The notes below the pieces were generated by a model. That model was given only the letters and a program-made list of their open reading frames with translations, did no database searches and was not told the origin of the DNA. A stretch of 64,000 nucleotides of DNA. Origin: Squalus acanthias. Taxonomy: Eukaryota. Both the position numbers and the translations under genes were made by a program. Below are positions 52,449 through 62,729 of the stretch, in pieces (position 1 is the stretch's first letter; each line of letters starts with the position of its first letter). The stretch lies in contig JASTWF010000033.1 in NCBI GenBank assembly GCA_030390025.1, positions 3,598,001 to 3,662,000 on the forward strand. The letters run 5' to 3'.

Positions 52449-52749
52449 CATAGAAACATAGAAACTAGGAGCAGGAGTAGGCCATTCGTCCCTTCGAGCC
52501 TGCTCCACCATTCGCTACGATCATGGCTGATCATCCAAATCCAGTACCCTGTCCCTGCTTTCCAACACAGAATCCCCATCGAGCCTGCACCGACACATAT
52601 CCAAACCTATCCCCGTAACCCCACGTATTTAATTCCCCCTAACATATCCCATCCTATCCTATCCCCGTAACCCCACTTATTTAATCCCCCCCTAACACTA
52701 ATGTTCAATTTATCATTGCCAAATCAACCTAACCCGCACATTTTTGGAC
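52449..52749 (-). mobile_element. Composite CR1 3' end plus V-SINE fragment, duplicate of 34517-34817
   Basis: Near-identical sequence and junctions at offset 17932. Confidence 0.9.
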
Positions 52750-55700
52750 ATTAGTTTGGGTGTCTGTATTAGTTTGAGTGTCTGTATTAGTTTGAGGGGC
52801 TGTATTAGTTTGAGGGGCTGTATTAGTTTGAGGGGCTGTATTAGTTTGAGGGGCTGTATTAGTTTGAGGTACTGTATTAGTTTGAGGGGCTGTATTAGTT
52901 TGAGCGGCTGTATTAGTTTGAGGCACTGTATTAGTTTGAGGGGCTGTATTAATTTGAGGGGCTGTATTAGTTTGAGGATCTGTATTAGTTTGAGGTTCTC
53001 TATTAGTCTGAGGGTCTGTATTAGATTGAGGTTCTCTATTAGTTTGAGGTTCTCTATTAGTTTGAGAATCTGTATTAGTTTGAGGTTCTCTATTAGTTTG
53101 AGGGTCTGTATTACATTGAGATTCTCTATTAGTTTGAGGTTCTCTATTAGTTTGAGGATCTGTATTAGTTTGAGGTTCTCTATTAGTTTGAGGGGCTGCA
53201 TTAGTTTGAGGAGCTGTATTAGTTTGAGTTTCTCTATTAGTTTGAGGGGCTCCATTAGTTTGAGGGGCTGTATTAGTTTGAGGGGCTGTATTAGTTTGAG
53301 GGGCTGTATTAGTTTGAGGGGCTGTATTAGTTTGAGGGGCTGTATTAGTTTGAGGGTCTGCATTGTTTTGAGGGGCTGTATTAGTTTGAGGGGCTGTATT
53401 AGTTTGAGGGGCTGTATTAATTTGAGGGGCTGTATTAGTTTGAGGGACTGTATTAGTTTGAGGGGCTGTATTAGTTTGAGGGGCTGTATTAGTTTGAGGG
53501 GCTGTATTAGTTTGAGGGTCTGTATTAGTTTGAGGGGCTGTATTAGTTATGAGTTTGAGGAGCTTTATTAGTTTAAGGGTCTGTATTAGTTTGAGGGTCT
53601 GTAATATTTTGAGGAGCTGCATTAGTTTGAGGTACTGTATTAGTTTGAAGTACTGTATTAGTTTGAGGGGCTGTATTAGTTTGAGGTACTGTATTAGTTT
53701 GAGGTACTGTATTAGTTTGAGGAGCTGTATTATTTTGAGGTACTGTATTAATTTAAGGGTCTGTATTAGTTGAGGTGCTGTATTAGTTTGAGGGTCTGTA
53801 TTAGTTTGAGGGTCTGTATTAGTTTGAGGGTCTGTATTAGTTTGAGGGGCTGTATTAGTTTGAGGGGCTGTATTAGTTTGAGGGTCAGTATTAGTTTGAG
53901 GGGCTGTATTAGTTTGAGGGGCTGTATTAGTTTGAGGGGCTGTATTAGTTTAAGGGTCTGTATTAGTTTGAGGGTCTGTAATAGTTTGAGGAGTTGTATT
54001 AATTTAAGGTGCTGTATTAGTTTGAGGCGTTGTATTAGTTTGAGGATCTGTATTAGTTTGAGAGGCTGTATTAGTTTGAGGGGCTGTATTAGTTTGAGGG
54101 TCCATATTAGTTTGAGGGGCTGTATTAGTTTGAGGGGCTGTATTAGTTTGAGGGGCTGTATTAGTTTGAGGAGTTGTATTAGTTTAACGTGCTGTATTAG
54201 TTTGAGGATCTGTATTAGTTTGAGGAGCTGTATTAGTTTGTGGGTCTGACTTAGTTTGAGGAGCTGTATTAGTTTGAGGTTCTGTATTAGTTTGAGGGGC
54301 TGTATTAGTTTGAGGATCTGTATTAGTTTGAGGAGCTGTATTAGTTTGAGGGTCTGTCTTAGTTTGAGGGGCTGTATTAGTTTGAGGGTCTGTATTAGTT
54401 TGAGGGGCTGTATTAGTTTGAGGGGCTGTATTAGTTTGAGGGGCTGTATTAGTTTGAGGGGCTGTATTAGTTTGAGGGTCTTTATTAGTTTGAGGAGTTG
54501 TATTAGTTTAAGGTGCTGTATTAGTTTGAGGCATTGTATTAGTTTGAGGATCTGTATTAGTTTGAGGGGCTGTATTAGTTTGAGGGGCTGTATTAGTTTT
54601 AGGGTCTGTATTAGTTTGAGGGGCTGTATTAGTTTGAGCTGCTGTATTAGTTTGAGGGGCTGTATTAGTTTGAGGACTTGTTTTAGTTTAACGTGCTGTA
54701 TTAGTTTGAGGAGTGATATTAGTTTGAGGGGTTGTATTAGTTTGAGGATCTGTATTAGTTTGAGGAGCTGTATTAGTTTGAGGGTCTGTCTTAGTTTAAG
54801 GAGCTGTATTAGTTTGAGGGTCTGTATTAGATTGAGGGGCTGTATTAGTTTGAGGATCTGTATTAGTTTGAGGAGCTGTATTAGTTTGAGGGTCTGTCTT
54901 AGTTTAAGGGGCTGTATTAGTTTGAGGGTCTGTATTAGTTTGAGGGGCTGTATTAGTTCGAGGGGCTGTGTTAGTTTGAGGGGTTGTATTAGTTTGAGGG
55001 TCTGTATTAGTTTGAGGGGTTGTATTAGTTTGAGGAGTTGTATCAGTTTAAGCTGCTGTATTAGTTTGAGGAGTTGTATTAGTTTGAGGATCTGTATTAG
55101 TTTGAGGGGCTGTATTTGTGTGAGGGACTGTATTAGTTTGAGGGTCTGTATGAGTTTGAGGAATTGTATTAGTTAGAGGTGCTGTATTAGTTTGAGGGGC
55201 TGTATTAGTTCGAGGGGCTGTATTAGTTTGAGGGGTTGTATTAGTTTGAGGGTCTGTATTAGTTTGAGGAGTTGTATTAGTTTGAGGATCTGTATTAGTT
55301 TGAGGATCTGTATTAGTTTGAGGGGCTGTATTTGTGTGAGGGACTGAATTAGTTTGAGGGTCTGTATGAGTTTGAGGAATTGTATTAGTTTAAGGGTCTG
55401 TATTAGTTTGAGGGGCTGTATTAGTTCGAGGGGCTGTATTAGTTTGAGGGGTTGTATTAGTTTGAGGGTCTGTATTAGTTTGAGGAGTTGTATTAGTTTG
55501 AGGATCTGTATTAGTTTGAGGGGCTGTATTTGTGTGAGGGACTGTACTAGTTTGAGGGGCTGTATTAGTTTGAGGCGTTGTATTAGTTTAAGGTGCTGTA
55601 TTAGTTTGAGGCGTTGTATTAGTTTGAGGATCTGTATTAGTTTGAGGGGCTGTATTAGTTTAAGGGGCTGTATTAGTGTGAGGATATGTATTAGTTTGAG

Positions 55701-57779
55701 GGGCTGTATTAGTTTGAGGGGCTGTATTAGTTTGAGGGGTTGTATTAGTTTGAGGGTCTGTATTAGTTTGAGGGGCTGTATTAGTTTGAGGAGTTGTATT
55801 AGTTTAAGGTGCTGTATTAGTTTGAGGAGTTGTATTAGTTTGAGGTTCTGTATTAGTTTGAGGGACTGTATTAGTTTGAGGGTCTGTATTGGTTTGAGGA
55901 ATTGTATTAGTTAGAGGTGCTGTATTAGTTTGAGGGGCTGTATTAGTTTGAGGGGATGTAATAGTTTGAGGGTCTGTATTAGATTGAGGTACTCTATTAG
56001 TTTGAGTGTCTGTATTAGTTTGAGGGGCTGTATTTGTTTGAGGGGCTGTATCAGTTTGTGGGGCTGTATTCGTTTGAGGGTTTGTATTAGTTTGAGGTTT
56101 CTGTATTAGTTTGTGGAACTGTATTAGTTTGTGGTACTGTGTTAGTTTGAGAATCTGTATTAGTTTGAGGTACTGTATTAGTTTGAGGTACTCTGTTAGT
56201 TTGAGGGGCTGTGTTAGTTTGAGGTACTGTATTAGTTTAAGGTACTGTATTAGTTTGAGGAGCTCTATTATTTTGAGGTACTGTATTAATTTGAGGGGCT
56301 GTATTGGTTGAGGTGCTGTATTAGTTTGAGTGTCTGTATTAGTTTGAGGGTCTGTATTAGTTTGAGGGTCTGTATTAGTTTGAGGGGCTGTATTAGTTTG
56401 AGGGGCTGTATTAGTTTGAGGGTCTGTATTAGTCTGAGGGGCTGTATTAGTTTGAGGGGCTGTATTAGTTTGAGGGGCTGTATTAGTGTGAGGGTCTGTA
56501 TTAGTTTGAGGGGCTGTATTAGTTTGAGGAGCTGTATTAGTTTGAGGGGTTGTATTAGTTTGAGGTTCTGTATTAATTTGAGGGGCTGTATTTGTTTGAG
56601 GAGTTGTATTAGTTTAAGGTGCTGTATTAGTGTGAGGGTCTGTATTAGTTTGAGGGTCTGTATTAGTGCGAGGTTCTGTATTAGTTTGAGGGGCTGTATT
56701 AGTTTGAGGGGCTGTATTAGTTTGAGGGGTTGTATTAGTTTGAGTGTCTGTATTAGTTTGAGGGGCTGTATTAGTTTGAGGAGTTGTATTAGTTTAAGGT
56801 GCTGTATTAGTTTGAGAAGTTGTATTAGTTTGAGGTTCTGTATTAGTTTGAGGGACTGTATTAGTTTGAGGGTCTGTATTGGTTTGAGGAATTGTATTCG
56901 TTAGAGGTGCTGTATTAGTTTAACGGGCTGTATTAGTTTGAGTGGATGTAATAGTTTGAGGGTCTGTATTAGATTGAGGTACTCTATTAGTTTGAGTGTC
57001 TGTATTAGTTTGAGGGGCTGTATTTGTTTGAGGGGCTGTATCAGTTTGTGGGGCTGTATTAGTTTGTGGGTTTGTATTAGTTTGAGGTTTCTGTATTAGT
57101 TTGAGGAACTGTATTAGTTTGAGATTCCGTAATATTTTGAGAAGCTGTATTAGTTTGAGGTACTGTATTAGTTTGAGGTACTTTGTTATTTTGAGGGGCT
57201 GTATTAGTTTGAGGTACTGTATTAGTTTAAGGTACTGTATTAGTTTGGGGAGCTGTATTATTTTGAGGTACTGTATTAATTTGAGGGGCTGTATTAGTTG
57301 AGGTGCTGTATTAGTTTGAGTGTCTGTATTAGTTTGAGGGTCTGTATTAGTTTGAGGGGCTGTATTAGTTTGAGGGGCTGTATTAGTTTGAGGGGCTGTA
57401 TTAGTTTGAGGGTCTGTATTCGTCTGAGGGGCTGTATTAGTTTGAGGGGCTGTATTAGTTTGAGGGGCAGTATTAGTTTGAGGGTCTGTATTAGTTTGAG
57501 GGTCTATATTAGTTTGAGGCGTTGTATTAGTTTAAGGTTCTGTATTAGTTTGAGGCATTGTATTAGTTTGAGGATCTGTGTTAGTTTGAGGGGCTGTATT
57601 AGTTTGAGGAGTTGTATTAGTTTGAGGATCTGTATTAGTTTGAGGGGCTGTATTTGTTTGAGGCACTGTATTAGTTTGAGGGTCTGTATTGGTTTGAGGA
57701 AATGTATTAGTTTGAGGGGCTGTATTAGTTTGAGGGGATGTAATACTTTGAGGGTCTGTATTAGATTGAGGTACTCTAT

Positions 57780-58675
57780 GGGGTAAAAATTAGGTTGCGC
57801 CCCATTTTGGGCGCAAATATCGTCTGGACGCAAATATTAGCGCCTGGCGCTAATTATCGGCACTGACTGGAAACTTCACTTTTACCGCCCCGGGAGGTGA
57901 GTGGAGCGCTAAATCAGGGTCTGCACACCTGTCTTAAGGCGCAAAGGCCAAGGAGTGAGGCGCTAACTCAGAGCGCTGGCGAAGCTCATGTAATGTCAGT
58001 CAGCAATGGAATACACACACAATGGCACGGGCCAGTTCTTAAAGGGGATGGTTAATCTTGCTTTCCTTCCACATCCTGTTCATTGCAGCCTTGAATCTCG
58101 GCCTGGAGAGACTTGCACATCAAATGTGCTGGAAAGAACAATGGAGAGTACCAGGCAAAGAGCTCAGAGTGCAGCCCCCACAATCTCTGCTAAATCGATA
58201 CAAGGAATGGCAAATCAAAATGAACCTGCAAAGTGCTGCTCAGTACCCAAAACTCCTTCACACAACGTTGAATCTCTCCAGAAGTCTCTCCCTCTCTCTC
58301 TCAGAATGCGTAGTTCAAAAATGCCACCAACAATAAAAGATAGGAAGAGGCCCCCTTTAAATAGCCCCCCCCCCCCCAGCCCCACAGCGATTGATAGCGT
58401 TCCAGTCTTCTGGTTGTTGGATGCGCCAGGCGGTAAGGCTGGGGGCGCCACTCAATTTCTGCTCCGGGGAGCCACAAGGGCGTTGCACCATGGAATGACG
58501 TCACAATCTGCGCGCGCAGGTGGTCGCAGCGGTAATGTTTAGCACCACCGCACAATGTCAAGTTAAGTTCCCGAGCGGCGCAAACATCGCTGCGCCCGGG
58601 CGGTAGCGGATTTGCGCCCCATTAGCGCCCTCTTAAGGCGCTAACGCGAGGCGCAACCAACTGAATTTTTACCCC
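57780..58675. mobile_element. Non-autonomous DNA transposon (MITE), probably PIF/Harbinger
   Basis: Perfect 12-bp TIR GGGGTAAAAATT/AATTTTTACCCC, extending imperfectly to GGTTGCGCC. 3-bp TSD TAT (57777-57779, 58676-58678). Empty site GGTACTCTATTAGTTTGAGTGTC is present at ~55990 and ~56980. No transposase ORF. Confidence 0.88.
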
Positions 58676-60239
58676 TATTAGTTTGAGTGTCTGTATTAGT
58701 TTGAGGTACTGTATTAGTTTGAGGTACTGTGTTAGTTTGAGGGGCTGTATTAGTTTGAGGTACTGTATTAGTTTAAGGTACTGTATTAGTTTGAGGAGCT
58801 GTATTATTTTGAGGTACTGTATTAATTTGAGGGGCTGTATTAGTTGAGGTGCTGTATTAGTTTGAGTGTCTGTATTAGTTTGAGTGTCTGTATTAGTTTG
58901 AGGGTCTGTATTAGTTTGAGGGGCTGTATTAGTTTGAGGGGCTGTATTATTTTGAGGGTCTGTATTAGTTTGAGGGGCTGTATTAGTTTGAGGGGCTGTA
59001 TTAGTTTGAGGGTCTGTATTAGTTTGAGGGTCTGTATTAGTTTGAGGGGCTGTATTAGTTTGAGGCGTTGTATTAGTTTAAGGTGCTGTATTAGTTTGAG
59101 GCGTTGTATTAGTTTGAGGATCTGTATTAGTTTGAGGGGCTGTATTAGTTTGAGGGGCTGTATTAGTGTGAGGGTCTGTATTAGTTTGAGGGGCTGTATT
59201 AGTTTGAGGGGCTGTATTAGTTTGAGGGGTTGTATTAGTTTGAGGGTCTGTATTAGTTTGAGGGGCTGTATTAGTTTGAGGAGTTGTATTAGTTTGAGGA
59301 TCTGTATTAGTTTGAGGGGCTGTATTGGTTTGAGGAATTGTATTAGTTAGAGGTGCTGTATTAGTTTGAGGGGCTGTATTATTTTGAGGGGATGTAATAG
59401 TTTGAGGGTCTGTATTAGTTTGAGGGGCTGTATTAGATTGAGTGTCTGTATTAGTTTGAGGGGCTGTATTTGTTTGAGGGGCTGTATTAGTTTGAGGAGT
59501 TGTATTAGTTTGAAGATCTGTATTAGTTTGAGGGGCTGCATTTGTTTGAGGGACTGTATTAGTTTGAGGGTCGGTATTAGTTTGAGGAATTGTATTAATT
59601 CGAGGTGCTGTATTAGTTTGAGGATCTGTATTAGTTTGAGGGGATGTAATAGTTTGAGATACTCTATTAGTTTGAGGTTCTGTATTAGTTTGAGGTACTG
59701 TATTAGTTTGAGGAGCTGTATTACTTTGAGGGGCTGTATTAGTTTCAGGTACTGTATTCGTTTCAGCTACTGTATTAGTTTGATGTACTGTATTAGTTTG
59801 AGGTACTGTATTAGATGAGGGGTTGCATTAGTATGAGGATCCATCGACACAAATTCACCACTTTCATTGTTTAACTAAATGGCCACAGTTAACACGGACA
59901 GCCCCATCCCAGAGTGGAGCAGAGCAGCCCTGAGAGGACCCTCTAACTTTTGAAATGTAATTACTGAATGGCCACAGCAGAGCGAAGGACTTCACCGAAA
60001 CAATTTGAGGTCTGGAGATTGGTGGTGTTTGAAACAACAACCCCATTGCTGGGAGAATACAGCTGGCAATTGTCATTAGTTAATTAATGTGACCAGAATT
60101 CACCGGTCTTTGGGGTTTTCAATTACAATCTCAGCACTAAATATATTCCATCACAGCAGGGAATTAACTCGGCTGTCGTCATATGTTTGTTCAAATGTTT
60201 TTCTAAATAATATTTTCAGCGATGTTGCAACTTCAATCT

Positions 60240-60352
60240 CCCCGTGGATATCCCGCAGGGTATAAGTGAAAGGCTCTGGGAATGTCCCGCCTCAGAGTAT
60301 AATTCAGAGAGATTGCCTGCAGCACGAAGGGACACATCGCTTCACACAGAAA
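60240..60352 (+). promoter_or_regulatory. Putative core promoter of the GPCR gene: TATA-like boxes and a kB-consensus site
   Basis: TATAAG at 60261 and TATAAT at 60298. GGAATGTCCC at 60279-60288 is GGGACATTCC on the minus strand and matches GGGRNWYYCC. These are short motifs, supported only by their position. Confidence 0.4.
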
Positions 60353-60419
60353 ATGTTAAACACATTTGACAGTGTGGTGAAAATATACTACATGATCATT
60401 GCCGTCATTGGTGTTCCTG
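60353..60419 (+). CDS. Probable first coding exon of a GPR139/GPR142-like class A GPCR (N-terminus and first part of TM1); the rest lies beyond the window
   Basis: AAAATG start, MLNTFDSVVKIYYMIIAVIGVP plus one G, then a consensus donor G|GTAAGT (phase 1). The YY....(I/L)G(V/L)P|(A/V)N pattern and intron position match GPR139-family exon 1 as I recall it. Too short for the ORF track. Confidence 0.75.
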
Positions 60420-60742
60420 GTAAGTGATTATAACCATTGAAGTTGTGTAAATCTGTGTGTGAGCTGGTCTCTAGTTTTACTCTGTGACTGATAATGATAC
60501 ATCCTGATCTGGTGGTCACCGTTATACAGACACCCGATCAGTGATAGCATTTCGTTTAGACAAATGACCTGAATTATTTCTGAGGTTTTATTCCATTGCC
60601 TCAACTGAAAGTAAAACTTTGTTTGTAACTCACGGGCTCGCTGTGTTATGTAGTTATTGACTTTCGTGTAATATTGTGTACTGTTGAATCAGACCTCAGT
60701 GTAAGGAACTCTCTGAGAGAAGGTATTGGTGGAAGGGTCTCT

Positions 60743-60874
60743 CACTGTAGTACTACTGAGTGTGGGTCACTAACCGGAGTGGAACACCTGACCCCAGTGG
60801 CCATGTATTACTGGGAGTATCTGTCACTGTAGAATTGCACTGAGTGTGGGTCACTAACCGGAGTGGAACACCTG
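60743..60874. repeat. Two-copy direct repeat, period 84 bp; second copy interrupted by CR1
   Basis: ACTGAGTGTGGGTCACTAACCGGAGTGGAACACCTG is identical at 60755-60790 and 60839-60874. Confidence 0.85.
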
Positions 60875-62355
60875 TAGACTCTGGAACAGCTCCCATGGAT
60901 TGGAGGGTAGGTACTGTAACCCCACTATTATAAAAAGGTGGTAGAGAGAAAATGGGGAATTATAGACTGGTAAGCCTGACATCGGTAGTGGGGAAAATGC
61001 AAGAGTCCATTTTAACAGATTTAATAGCAGAGCACTTGGAAAACAGTGACAGGATCAGACAAAGTCAACATGGATTTACAAAAGTTAAATCATGTTTGAA
61101 TAATCTACTGGAATTTTTTGAGGATGTAACTGGTAGAATAGATTAGGGAGAACCAGTGGATGTAGTGTATTTGGAATTTCAGAAGGCTTTCGATAAGGTC
61201 CCGCATAAGAGATTAGCATGCAAAGGTAAAGCACACGGGATTGGGGGTAAGGTACTGTCTTGGATAGAAAACTGATTGGCAGACAGGAAGCAGAGAGTTG
61301 AAATAAACGGGACTTTTTCCGAGTGGCAGGCAGTGACTAGTGGGGTACCGCAGGGATCGGTGCTAGAACCCCAGTTATTCACAATATATATTAATGATCT
61401 AGACGAGGGAACTAGATCTAATATCTCTAAGTTTGAAGATGACACACAACTGGGTGGGCGTGTGTGCTGCGAGGAGAGAAACTCCAGTATTATTTGGACA
61501 GGTTGGGTGATTGGGCAGATGCACGGCAGATGCAGTATAATGTGGATAAATGCAAGGTTGTCCACTTTGGTTGCAAAAGCAGGAAGGCAGATTATTACCT
61601 GAATGGCAATAGATTGGGAAAAGGCTAAGTGCAAGGAGAGCTGGGTGACCTTGTGCGCAAGTCGCTGAAGGTAAGCATGCAGGTGCAGCAGGCGGTTAAG
61701 AAGGCAAATGGTATGTTGGCCTTCATAGCGAGAGGATTCGAGTACAGGAGCAAGGATGTCTTGCTGCAGTTGTACAGGGCCTTGGTGAGACCACACATTG
61801 AATATTGTGTGCAGTTTTGGTCGCCTTATCAAAGGAAGGATGTTCTTGCCATGGAGAGAGTGCAGCGAAGATTCACCAGACTGATACCTGGGATGGCAGG
61901 AATGACTTATGAAGAGAGATTGGGTCGATTGAGCTTGTATTCGCTAAAATTTAGAAGAATGAGAGGGGATCTCATTGAAACTTATAAAATTCTAACAGGA
62001 CTGGACAGACTAGATGCAGGAAGGATGTTCCCGATGGTGGGGGAGTCCAGAACCAGGGGTCACAATCTAAGGATAAGGGGTAAGCCATTTAGGTTTGAGA
62101 TGAGGAGGAATTTCTTCACCCAGAGAGTGGTGAACCTGTGGAATTCTCTACCACAGAAGACAGTTGAGTCCAATTCATTAAATATATTCAAGAAGGAGTT
62201 AGTTATATTTCTTAAGGCTAAGGTGATCAAGGGATATGGGGAGAAAGCAGGGACAGGGTACTGAATTTGGATGATCAGCCATGATCGCATTGAATGGCGG
62301 AGCAGGCTCGAGGGGCCGAATGGCCTACTCCTGCTCCTATTTTCTATGTTTCTAT
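60875..62355 (+). mobile_element. 5'-truncated CR1 LINE, decayed RT region plus 3' UTR
   Basis: DWRV..VTPL.KKG, NYRLVSLTSVVGKM, QHGF, GVPQGSVL and FEDD (for FADD) motifs; stop at 61144-61146 and frameshifts; (TTTCTATG) tail. Confidence 0.95.
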
Positions 62356-62362
62356 CCCAGTG

Positions 62363-62470
62363 GCAGGAAACGGCTATTGAGGTCGATGATCAGCCATGAT
62401 TTTATTGAATGGCGGAGCTGGTTCGAGGGGCCGAATGGGCTACTCCTGCTCCTATTTCTGATGTTCTTTT
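62363..62470 (+). mobile_element. Second, more diverged CR1 3'-UTR fragment
   Basis: GATGATCAGCCATGAT...GAATGGCGGAGC...GAGGGGCCGAATGG.CTACTCCTGCTCCTATTTCT repeats the CR1 3' UTR. Confidence 0.85.
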
Positions 62471-62729
62471 GTTCATATATAAGTTGAAATGCATTGATAA
62501 TGCTTTGGTTCCTACTGAACTGCACCAACAGAAACAGATGTTAACTAATTACTGACAGGTAAACAGCAGGACAGCAGTGTTACAGTATTCAAATCCTCTC
62601 TATATTGACTTATTCTTACTCTAAGTAGAGTTATTGTAATTACTTTAATTGTTTTGGTGCTGATTAATCACCTTCCCCCAACACCGCCCTGAGAATCTGT
62701 GGTTCATGAGAACTGAATTTCATTATGTT

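Larger units (their letters stand above)
21308..59841. repeat. 18-bp satellite array, consensus TGTATTAGTTTGAGG(NN)C, interrupted by five TE inserts
   Basis: Directly visible over ~38.5 kb. Translates as (CISLRx)n, (LKLIQx)n and (PQTNTx)n because 18 is a multiple of 3. Confidence 0.98.

Noticed and set aside
58006..58561. ORFs inside the MITE as transposase or Myb-like protein
   Set aside because: No DDE or Myb/SANT motifs are recognisable; these are short overlapping ORFs on both strands.
21360..59818. Very long ORFs (up to 1032 aa) of (CISLRG)n, (LKLIQP)n and (PQTNTA)n that look like Cys-rich, LRR or mucin-like proteins
   Set aside because: An 18-bp monomer without stops in some frames is automatically open. 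ORFs occur on both strands, mostly start at TTG, and have no unique domains or splice signals.
21308..59841. Telomere-derived origin (TTAGTT-TGAGGG) or G-quadruplex function of the 18-mer
   Set aside because: Only two of three hexamers resemble TTAGGG and there are no TTAGGG tandem runs. G-tracts are 14-15 nt apart and often broken by variants. Too weak to claim.
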